The notes under the pieces were generated by a model. That model was given only the letters and a program-made list of their open reading frames with translations. It had not been told where the DNA came from and did not search any database. This document shows, piece by piece, positions 25,101-35,702 of a DNA stretch of 64,000 nucleotides (position 1 is its first letter; each line of letters starts with the position of its first letter). The stretch spans positions 1 to 64,000 of the forward strand of contig JAHLWZ010000448.1 of assembly GCA_020536535.1 (NCBI GenBank). Reading direction: 5' to 3'. A program made the translations under genes and the position numbers. The stretch is from Pelomyxa schiedti. Taxonomy: Eukaryota > Protista > Evosea.

Positions 25101-28100
25101 CAAAGAATCTATTTCTGATCGTTGAGAATCAAGGAATTCCTTTAGTTTCTGGGCGGCCTCAGCAAACTCTTTACGTTTCGCCTCCATAGCTTCCTGGCGA
25201 GTCAACTCTTTACCATATTTTTCCTGCCTTTCCCTTTGACCATCTCTAAGCTTCGTAAGAGCAGCATCAATGTCCGGCTTGGAAATTGAGGTGTGCGGGT
25301 TGTCTGTCACATGTAGCTCAGAAAGTTGTGATAAAGTCTTCTCGATTGCTAGTAATTTCTCATCCGCTTTGGCGTTGCAAGTGGTATCGTTTTCATCCAT
25401 TACTTGCTTGAAGTCTTGAACAGCTTCAAGAGTATCACCAAATGCAGAACGTTCAATATCACTGAGCTTAAGATTGGCCCATTGAATGAAGTCCTTGGCC
25501 TCTAGGGCAAATTCGAGTCTCAATTCCTCTTTGCGCTGTTCGGTTTTTAGATCTTCTTCAGCTTTCTTTTTCTTGGCTTCTTTTTGTTCCACCAGAGTCT
25601 TCCATTGTGCATCAATTTCAGCCAACTTCTGGGCCACTTCCTAAACTGGGTTATAAAACTTAGTTGACTGCTGTGTACCTCAATTTTATGAAAATTGTCT
25701 GCAGCCAAGGCATCATGAATTTTACGAAGAGACTCTATTCTCTTCAATGAACTTTCGTGCTCCTCTTCATACGATTGAAGTAAATGGACCTGGTTTTCAG
25801 CGGCTTCAAGGCTATCAATTGATTCAATTGTGCATAGATACTCTGACTTTTGTGAGCCCCACAAGGCAAGTTCAGTGGCTTCTTCAACAAATTCCCTGTG
25901 CAGAGCGTGCAATGACTCTTGTCTAGTAGTATTGTAAGCGAATTGGTGCAAAGGTATTGTCATACCTTGATAGCTCTGTCTTCAGGTATTGTTCTCGTGC
26001 TTTCTCTGAATCTTCTAATTTCCCCCAGAGTGCAGTTATATCATTGGGTGATGTTCCTTCAGCAGGAACAAATGCAGGGCGATGGTGGGGGCTCTCCTCA
26101 AGAGTTCGCACAATAGTTTTATGGAGAGTCAGAACAGCGTGCTTTTCAGCACTTTTTGGGGGCTTTTCGCTTGAACGATACCCCGAAAACTCCTTCAATT
26201 TCGTTTGAGCACCTGCAAGGGTATTTTCGCAGACGTGATCATCTAGTTTGGTGCAAGAGTCCTTGACCCAAGCTGTGAGCTAAAAAAAAAAAAGGAATGA
26301 GTTACTCTTTTATTGGAAAAGAGAAAATGTGGTACCTTTCCCGCTCTTTCTGCATAGTCAATCTTAAGGCTTCTCTCGTCAAGCAAGCTCAAAAGGAAAT
26401 TCTTAACCCACACATTGAAGCCAGTAGAATCCGCAGCAAGAGTCTGTGGAGTATGTGGGGTATACCTATTCGTTGTGATTTGCATTGCTAGTTCTTCAGC
26501 ATAAATCCGCTTGACGGTATCAAGTTGGATTTTCTGAGGGTTGCCCTCTTCCCAAATTTTATTGATCTCCTCTGAAAGAGGTTCTGGTTCACCTGAAAGT
26601 AGCACAGTTAGTGTGTGCTGAACGCACTCTAAGGTACCTGTAAGGGCATCAAGTGTGCTTTTTTGTGTATCGAGAAAATCTTTCATCTTCTGTGCAGCTG
26701 CTGCGAACTCCTTTCGTTTAGCTTCCATATCTTGCTGCCTCTTCAGCTCAGACGTGTAATATTCCTTGTATTTCCCAATAGCTTCTTCCATTTTTTGCTC
26801 TTGCAAATTAACATCCTCCAAGGTAAGCATGGTGTACTTGTTATCTTTTGCTCCTAGTTCAACAAGCTCCTTCATGAGGTCTTCTAGCTCTTGTTTCTTA
26901 CTGCTTGACGTTTCATGGTAATTTGACACATTTTTATTTAGCTGGTCTTCATACACCACAACCTCGTCCAGAGTATCCCCAAATACGGCATCAGCCATAC
27001 CCTGAATTGTATCATTGTACCACCGGTTCAGGGCCGTGATCTTCTCTGCAAAAGCTAACCTCAGCTTTTCCATCTTTGATTGTTTCTCCAAGCAGTCATT
27101 CAACCATTCCCTCTTTTGTTGGGAGGCTGTGCCTAGGTCAGCCCACTTGCCCTGAACTTCCGACAGTTGCTCCTGCACAATGGCGGCGTCTTTGTAGCCG
27201 AGAGAAACCATTTCATCAGCCAGATTTTTCAAGTCTTCCATCCGCGGCTTAGATGCTTCATACTGTTGGTCATGTCCATCCAAAAGCTTGAGCTGTAATT
27301 GAGCCGCAAGAAGAGTGTCAATGACTGGGCGTTCTTGTGCAAACTCAGTTTTTTCTTTCACCCATCTGGCCATTTTGGCTTGCTTGTCTTTCCAGCGCCT
27401 TGCCAATTCTTCAAGCTTCTCTTGTCTATTGAAATTAAAGGTGAGAAAATGAAAGGGTACTTTTACAAACCGACCGTGCAACTTCATCACGTATGGCTTT
27501 TTCCTTTGCAGTTTCAGCTTCTTGAAGTTCCACCCACTTAGCTGCTAATACTTCCAGACCAAGGCCTTCCGGCGGTACCCAAGCAGGCCTTTGGGCGTTT
27601 CGAAGTTTCACCTGAAGATTGGAAAGAAGTCCTTCAACAGCAAGTTTGTTTGCTGCCTTATCAGGTTTTTCGACTGCAAGATAGCACATCATTTTGTCCA
27701 TTTTATCTCTGGCTCCTTTTTGATATGTTACATTCACTTTATGTTGATGGAATGAAGCCTTCTAGAGTGTTATCAAAAGTATGGTCTCGCATTTCGGGAA
27801 TCTTGACATCAAGCCAGTTTATTAGCTCCTGAGCTTGATCAGTATACGCTTTCTTCATTTCATCATTTCCTTGTACAAGGTTCACAAGTTTACATATTCG
27901 TCGGGTGGCTACTTCATTCTGTCAGTACCATTAGGTAAGAAAAAAGTGAAGGAGAGAAGAACTGTAGCAGTAGCGGCAAATTTGTGAAAAAATTGTAGCA
28001 AGTATGTCATCACAGAACGCTCATCCGCCGAAACTGTGTTTTACAGTTACTATTTCCCTCAAATACCCAAGTAGCAACATACTAACATCTTCAGGATCAA

Positions 28101-29023
28101 AGAAACGGGGTATTCCAAGTTCCTTCTCAGCAACAGAAAAAGCAAGCTCTAAGTTAGGCAAAGCATTTTCTTTGTGGAGTTCGTCATATTCAATAACAGC
28201 TGGTCGGTGCCTGGAGAAAAATTAGGTTGACGGAGAACACACAACACAGACTTGTGAATCAGAGCACAAAACGCAAGGCCATCCTGCCAAGAGGTCGTGA
28301 AGTCTAAATGGATAAGGAAAAGTTGGGTTAAAGTAAAACACACTTGTTACATTAACATCACGGTATCCTGCCGTCTTCTTTTGGCACCAATAAAGAAGAC
28401 CCTCCTTGGCATTCATATCTGCAGGTGGTTGGTTCTATGTTTTTGCAAGATAAGCAGGGACACCTTCAACAGAGATATCTGCTATTTCGAATCGCAAAAT
28501 GATCATCCAGATCATTCCCAGTATAAGTTTGAGATCACCATTGACAATGTCTATTATTACTGTTGGAAAAAAAGCAATTGTATGTATGAAAGGAAACCTT
28601 CGCCAGAGATACCAGCAAGTTTTATACGAGAGGAAATAAAAGTAACGGATACATTAACATTTTCAATCATGTGAATTCTCATTTTAGGATTCTGGTTGAT
28701 CTTGGGCAATTTGGAGGCAGAGATAGACTCGAGTAGTTTGTGCAGGAGTTTACCGTCCTTATATCACTCTTAAAAACTTCTCACACGGAAAAAACAGGGA
28801 AAAAACCTTTAAGTCCTTAGTCAAGTCACTAATTTGTTCTTTGTGACCCGCTTTTTTCAAGTGTGCGTTGAACCATTTCGAAAAGGTCTAGCGTAAACAA
28901 ACAAACAAAAAAAAAAGAAAGAGCAAGCCCTCATTAACGACTAGAACTCAATAACAGTACGAAGATGAAAAGGAAGTGTACTCGGTGCTGGATGTCGATC
29001 CAAGATCGGTTATGCAACGACAT
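19122..29023 (-). CDS. Giant alpha-actinin-like actin cross-linker: CH-CH, ~22 spectrin repeats, EF-hands
   Basis: MSLHNRSWIDIQHR/TFSKWFNAHL (CH1), NAKEGLLYWCQKKTAGY...DFTTSWQDGLAFCALIH (CH2), a long rod of spectrin repeats, and a C-terminal calmodulin-like domain (FDKDKTGQL, FDADGNESISFDEF, GLDYTQW). Confidence 0.93.
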
Positions 29024-29233
29024 TGCTGTTTAACGGGTAGTTTTTTATTTTGTGAAAAAAAGAAAACTGGCCAGTTTTCCCTCCCTTTGTTATTTTTTTT
29101 CCTTTCGTCCGGGGATTTCATGCACTCTTCGCTGCCTTGGTTGCACCCAAAAAAAGGACGTCAGAGTTATCCTGTGTTCAAGGTGCACTCACAGCACTGA
29201 AGTCCGCACTTGATCAAATCCGTTCTGATCATT

Positions 29234-31282
29234 ATGGGCCAATCCACGTCCGCGTCGCCAAAGGCGCCTGCACCCACAACAACAGTGCCCAAAGTGACTG
29301 AGGCGACAGCTGGGGTGGAGGACACCATCTCGTTGATGACGAGGCTGGCCGAGCAGGCGCCGCGTCCCACCAGTGGGTCACGTGACGAGGGGCTGCTACG
29401 TGCCGTCCTGATCGGGTCGCGGGGAGCCAATGCCAGGACTGCAAGATTCAGGGTGCCTGAGGATAACGCTGACTGGGACCTACTTATGTGGTATGTCCTT
29501 TTTTTTTCCCGCTTTCTTCCTTGTTTGACAGGCGGTCAGTTTTTGTTGGTTTTAACCATTTTGTAGGCCCGGAGATCTGGCTTCTGTATTGACTTCGTTG
29601 CCAGAGAGAAAAACTAATTCGTGGGTGTTAAAGAGCATTAAATGCACTGTGAAATCTCCTCTTCCTGTTCCAACTGGCATGAACTCTTCATCTTTGGCAC
29701 CTGGTGAAACTACGTCTCTATTCGTCGGTGTATCTGTCACGTGTATCACGAATAAGGGGCGGTTTGACATTGAAATTCCCGATTCTCCTCATTGTTCCAG
29801 TGCATTGATTCTTGGTATACCAGAATCCTCTTCCACTGAACTTTAAATGCATGTATAGGAAGAGTGATGAAGGGAGCTCGGCTCTCAGATTGCCAAATTA
29901 ATGGTTTCTTTGGAAAACTACTTATTCCTTCTGTGACAACACTGTCTGCAATTAAACGCTCTCACTTGCATTTGGGAATAGAGTGGAGAAAGCACTTCAG
30001 TGACTACTGCTCTTTGCTCAATAGGTACCTTCTTAAACATTTTCATCATGTAATCGTTGCTCGTTCTAGTGACAAGAACTTACAAAACGACGACAAACCT
30101 CTTATTGCTAGACGCACACTTGAGCATCAGGCCATCCATAGTTTTGATTTTTCGAGGGACCTTGATAAGGACTATCTTAGCCTCTCTAAGAAATCTTTCC
30201 AAGATTTAGGAGATGACTCTCTCCGATTACAAACAATTTGCGGATTATTGAGTGGAAATGCAGAGGTTGTGTTGGAGAATATCTGTACACAAGGGCCCAT
30301 GTGGTTAAGTTCTTTTGTTTTGGATCAGGCCACTCAAATTGTGGATGCAATTGTCTTACCCCAAATGGATGCAATTGTTTTACCCCAAGTCGGAGAGCTA
30401 TCAACAGCGGAGGCAGTACCCCATCTATTATTCACTCAACTCCCCCAAATACCCAACGAAGTGATAATAAGCTTTCTGAGCACTTCAGATTTACGAGAGT
30501 GCTCAGCTGTGTGCAAAGAGTGGAGGAGTGCCCTGTCTGAGTCACAGGTTACTCTCTGGAAGAATTTGTGCCTGCGCCACAAGTGGGACGACTTGTTCCC
30601 TCCGCAATCCGAGTTACTCGGGCCTAATAAATACAAGTTGCTGTACTGCTGTGCCTGCGACGCCGTAACCGCACTAAGCAAAGAGCCAACATCCAGTGAG
30701 GTGTTCAAAAAGACAACACAGCTCACTTACGCAATTCGTGCGAGAGGTGTCAAGGCCGTCTACTCACACCTATCGGCTCTTCGCGGCCAGCTCACATCCG
30801 CCTCCTCGTTTCCCGCCAAAACATCACTCACTTTGGAGAGGATCATCAACTCGGTTAATGTACTCTCTTTCGACGACGATAAGACTTCAAACCCACAGAA
30901 ATTCTTGGCTACAATGGACTCTGCATGCGGCAAGTTCACACTTCTATTTGAACAAGGAGTCAGAGAGAACTCCCGAGAAGGAGAATGGCACGCAAAAGAA
31001 GTAACTATTGAACAGCTCACGGGCTTTGTTCCCAAAAGCACAGAGAGGCATCTGCTGTTCTGGGATGGTTCTTCCATCTCCGCAAATGATACATCCATGT
31101 TTGGGTTCACCGGCAAGGCCAAACTATGGGATGACAGTGACTCGATGCTCTTTGGTGGAATACCCGTGAGTGTTGTCGTAGCTCTCACTTTGGTTCTCCT
31201 CCCTGCAGACCATTCTTCTACGATCCGACAATTTGTGATGCATTTCCTAAGACCCAAAACCAGAGTCAATAGCCTGTGGTGA
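29234..31282 (+). CDS. F-box protein, possibly N-myristoylated
   Basis: MGQSTS start; internal LPQIPNEVIISFLSTSDLRECSAVCKEWR...LWKNLC F-box; two short 5' introns. Confidence 0.75.
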
Positions 31283-31374
31283 TTCAATAACTCCACAAGT
31301 TCCAGGATTTGACTGAAACAAAAAAAAAAAAAAAACTGAAAATTCCCAGGTAAGAGTTTCTTTTTTATATGAAA

Positions 31375-31538
31375 GAGAGGGTAGCGAAGATCGCCGGCCC
31401 TCAGCTGACCATAAATTGTGTACTAGGAATCCCCTTGCGGAGACCCATACCAGATATTTCGTCTCGAGTGCAACAGACAAAACATCCGACACACGCCACA
31501 CCCTTAGTGATCAGTGGGCATGAGTACCAGGTAAGTAT
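31375..31538 (-). ncRNA. U1: U1 snRNA (canonical 5' end)
   Basis: Reverse complement gives AUACUUACCUG; helix H GUACU/AGUAC; loop I GAUCACUAAG (U1-70K site); loop II UUGCACUC (U1A site); stem III with a GCAA loop; Sm site AAUUUAUGG; terminal stem IV. Length ~164 nt, with a DUSE-like element 62 nt upstream. Confidence 0.95.
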
Positions 31539-31592
31539 GAAAGAGTCTTCTGGTTGCTTCCGGCGTAATGCTTGGCAGTCCGTGCGGGACTA

Positions 31593-31616
31593 TTGTGGGA
31601 AGAAATTATCCCACAA
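31593..31616. promoter_or_regulatory. Bidirectional snRNA promoter core: two inverted TCCCACAA (DUSE-like) elements
   Basis: ttgtggga (31593-31600) and tcccacaa (31609-31616) begin 62 and 63 nt upstream of the two U1 starts. They match the Dictyostelium upstream sequence element WCCCAYAA in sequence and spacing. Confidence 0.88.
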
Positions 31617-31671
31617 TTCCGGGAATCCGGGGCCTCTTTGAAAAGCGCAACCTGAGTCAAATAAGTTCTTC

Positions 31672-31831
31672 ATACATACCTGACTGTGTACACCCTTGAT
31701 CACCAAGGAGTGGTGTGCTGTTGTGAAACTGTGCTTGCACTCTGCACAGAGTCATGGCATGGAGCCCCGAAAGGGGCCTCCAGCAGTGTAATTTTTGTTC
31801 AGAGGGGTTTGCGTATTCGCGCGAACTCCAT
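31672..31831 (+). ncRNA. U1: Variant U1 snRNA with altered splice-site recognition sequence (AUACAUACCUG)
   Basis: Helix H ACUG/CAGU; loop I GAUCACCAAG; stem II CUGUGC-UUGCACUCU-GCACAG; stem III GGAG-CCCC-GAAA-GGGG-C-CUCC; Sm site AAUUUUUG (31790-31797); stem IV GGGGUUUGCGU/GCGCGAACUCC. Length ~160 nt, with a DUSE-like element 63 nt upstream. Confidence 0.93.
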
Positions 31832-32330
31832 ATTTTAAAAAAAATAAAACAGGGTGACGATTGGGTGTACGCATGTTTCCCGTTTTCTACGGACTTGTAC
31901 CAGTTAATCTCATTGTTAATGTGGCAACCATGCCACATCACATCAACACACTACCCGGGGTTGAAATCTTTTAAACGTTGTTCTCGTCCTTTTCACTGTT
32001 GGCTGGAGAGTGAAGGAAACTCGAATTGTCGCACTGCATTCGGCCCATTCAATTAGTTGACATCAGTTTCTCAAATACAACAATGCCCGACTCTGTGGTC
32101 AATGTGCCCTGGGGCGATTCTGCCTGGTTTCCGAGGTTCGCTTTCTCATTTCCTTGTGTTCAAATCAACAGAACCATGATCTTGACTCTTCAGATGGAGT
32201 TCCCTACAGCGAAGGTGCTTCTGTTGGCGGAAAATTGGTCCCTTCCTTGATTTTTCCTCTAAGGAGGCCTTTAAAAGAAAACTAAGCAGATTTTAACAAA
32301 ATAATAAACAAGTACTAGACAACCAATAAA

Positions 32331-33166
32331 ATGGGTGGCGGAGGCAGCAAAATTAATATGGAGGAAGTGTCGAGCGCCCTCGACCAATACAGTGGTAAGC
32401 GAAATTCTTTCCCCCACAGTTACTTAACCATTAAATTAGGCATCAACCTGGCTGAGGTGAAAGCAAAACTTGAGGCTCTCACTGTGGAGCGTTCAAAGGC
32501 TCGCACTCTGAGGAGTATTGATTTCGATAAAGTCTGTGGGCTCTTGGGCATTCACCCTGAAGCGGGCTTCCAGATTTACCAGATGTTTGACAAAAACCAT
32601 GACCGACTTCTGGATATCAAGGAATTGGCTATGCTGGTTGCCTTCGTAATGAGGGGCACTGCTGAGCAAGTAAGTTTTTTTTTGTAATTCCCACTTATTT
32701 TGAATTGACATTTCGGGCATAGAAACTGGAAGTTACCTTCAAAGTCCTCGACGCCGACGACTCTGGATTCCTCGATACCTCAGAGATCACCGAATTTATC
32801 AAGACTTCACGTCAATGGGTGAGTATCTAATGTGCAGCAACTGTTTCCTCACTGACTCACACAAACCAGGTCCAAGACAGTGAACTCCACCTGACGCTCA
32901 TCCAGACCCAACTTGACTTGGCCAACATGCAATCTGGCGACAGCGCAGAGGAGAAGAAGCGCCTCTATTCCAAGAAGATTCAGAGCATCAAGGCCCTCAG
33001 AGCCAAAATGCCCCCGGCCAACATGTCAGACGCCGAAATTGACCAGCTTGTCTCCGAGGTGTTTGCCAAGTTCGACACCAACCACGACAACAAGATTTCA
33101 CCTGAGGAATTCGTGGCTGGGTTCTCGGCACACCCTGAGGTCACAAAGTACTTGTCCTGCTTCTAA
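32331..33166 (+). CDS. N-myristoylated EF-hand calcium sensor (calcineurin B/NCS-like)
   Basis: MGGGGSK start; EF loops FDKNHDRLLDIKE, LDADDSGFLDTSE and FDTNHDNKISPEE; three introns. Confidence 0.88.
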
Positions 33167-33399
33167 TAAGTAGGTTGTAAGTGAGTTGTTGGTGTGGGAA
33201 GAAACACAAACATAAATACAAACCCAGCAAAGTCTTGACACTTTGCCAGTGTTAGCTCCCCATCATTGTTTTCTTGTGTGCGAAGTAGAAGTGAAGTTCT
33301 TCATCTTCAAAAAAATCGTGTGCACGTTTGTGCCACATGATGATTTCTGGGAAGTGCCACAAAGAAGAATCAAAACACAAAAAACCGAACGGAAACATT

Positions 33400-34233
33400 A
33401 TGTCGGACACGCCCAACGAGGAGTCCTCAAAAAAGAGGGAAACATTAGACACACCCCTGGGACAAATTGTGTGCTCGTTTGACACTACTCCCCTGCTCCT
33501 ACATCATCTTTTCCCCACAAATAAATAAATAAACCACCATAAACGCCTTTGTGCATACTGACACGGCTGAAGACCTTGGGGGAAGAGATCTCGGGTGGGT
33601 TGATGCCGGGGGTTGACGTGGTTAAAGGGCTACTTACGCAACATGGTGAAGTGGTGGCAATTAAAAGACTTCCTCTACCTGCCTTTGGTTCCGTTGTGGC
33701 TCAAACTAATGTATTTGCATGCTGTTGTTTTCTGTCTTTTTCCCCAATATAACACACAATAGGAGGAGTTAAACCGCTTGAAAGATCTCAACGATCCCCA
33801 CATAATTCGTATGCTTGGCCTGCACCAAGACTCTAAGTTTCTATATGTAATTCAAGAGTGAGTGACGCTTCCTGCTTTCCTGCTCTCATTCTATTTCCAC
33901 AGCTATGCTGAAAACGGTTCCCTTTTAGAACTAGTTTGTGAATTTGGTTCTCTACCAGAGCAACTATCAACAGGATACCTCCAACAAGTTTTTTTCCCCA
34001 AAACAAAAAGGTCAATGTCATTATCTTTTAGGCATTGATTGGACTAAAGTACTTACACTCCATGCATGTGATCCATAGGTTCTTTTAATCAGGAGGGAAC
34101 CTTTAAAATCAACTCACTTATTATTAGAAATCTCAAAGTAGAGTTTCTTTTAAAAATAGTTAAAAGAGTGAACTAAATAGTAATGATTTAGGCAGCCAAT
34201 GTCCTCGTAACCAAGGTATTTCTCTTACCACTT

Positions 34234-34268
<35 letters not shown>

Positions 34269-35550
34269 CTGATGGTGTTCTAGACGGGGAGAGTCAAATT
34301 ATGTGATTTTTCCATTTCTGCACTATGGCACACTTGTATTGGATTAGAGGAAATGCCTCACTGGAGTATGACCTTGCCTTACGTTATCGGTGTTTCACGA
34401 TTACCTAGAAGCGCCAGAGGTGTTATCTGGTGGTGAGTGTACAGCAGCTTCTGATATATGGTTTGTAACAATACCATGTTCCAAATTGATTGTGTGCAGG
34501 AGCCTTGGCTGTACAGTTGTTGAACTACTCACTGGATCACCCCCCTTTCCCGAGTTTGTTGTTCCCTTCGTGTTGAAAATGTAATACTGAGTTTCACAGT
34601 TCAGAGGGAGAAACTGCAATTAATAGTATATTGACCGAGGAAATTGCTACTCCAGATTGTTCCGCTGTATGCGTTTCCCTCCTTTTTACTTGAGGGTTTG
34701 ACACCTAATCCTTTGGTTTTATTTCATTGCAGGACATGCAACAATTCCTTCAAGGCTGTTTTAATAAATCGCCAGCAGACAGGCCAACAGCCGCAGCTCT
34801 TTTAGGAAATAAGCTTTTCCGGAGTTTTCCCACACCACACTCTGTATGCTTTTCTGTTCGACAATTCTCTGAATTCTTCTAGCCAGATTTTCACACTGTT
34901 CGGCGCTCCATGGAGCAACTTAGCCGTTCCAGAAGTATTCAGACGTTCCGTTCTTCACATTCCCCATCTCGCCGTAACCCTACTGTCGACCTTGTTCGTG
35001 CCAAGCAGAATATTGCCACAATCAGGACCGAATTAGAGAAGCAGCAAGAAATTTACAACAATCTAGCCGCCAGACAGAAATCTTTGCAGGTTATCATAAG
35101 GCGTGAAAAATTGGTTCTAATTGCTTTCCCAGGCAACTCTCGAAGAACTTACAAACCACTATGAATGGACCAAGTTAGGGGCCTCCACAGTTTTCCGGAA
35201 GTTGAAAGATGCGGATGCCAATAAGTATGGCGATATAACGAATAGACATGTTACGAACATACAACACTCACTGTTGTCAGAAATCGTTCAAGGGACCAGA
35301 AAAAAATGATTGCCGATTGGGAGAACGTTCTAGTACAATATTTCTATGAGGCGTTTCCTGACAAAGCTCCTCCCGAGTTTCCCCGCGTATGCCCGCACAG
35401 TTTTCTTCCAATCTCACACCCAAGCAGACCCCCGCACCCCCTGAAGACGACAACTCGGGAGAGAATCTGCATACGGTACGAAGTACAACTCCATCCACGC
35501 ACATGGGCCAACCACTTAGAAGTAACTCGGCAACCCTTGGCGGTCACTAA
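33400..35550 (+). CDS. STE-group (Cdc7/Cdc15/MAP3K-epsilon-like) kinase-domain protein, probable pseudokinase, with coiled-coil tail
   Basis: VAIK, YAENGSL, spliced [48 protein letters not shown]. Many short exons. Confidence 0.8.
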
Positions 35551-35702
35551 TAACACTGCACCCCACAAACAATATATTCTGTTTACTAGTAAAGATACAA
35601 ACCTCGCTTCCTTACACAGTTTCAAAAAAAAAATCTTTAAAAATGGCCGGTGATTTCTGTGGTCACAAAAAAAGGATGAACTAGCGGTGTGCCCTGGGAG
35701 AC

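Noticed and set aside
30342-30390. 24-bp tandem duplication (DAIVLPQ twice) in the F-box gene
   Set aside because: An ordinary in-frame slippage duplication in a linker.
31960-32250. RNase P/MRP or another snRNA next to the U1 pair (hairpin followed by GGAAACTCG)
   Set aside because: There is no convincing partner strand for P4, no U2/U4/U5/U6 signature and no DUSE at the proper distance. An Rfam scan would settle it.
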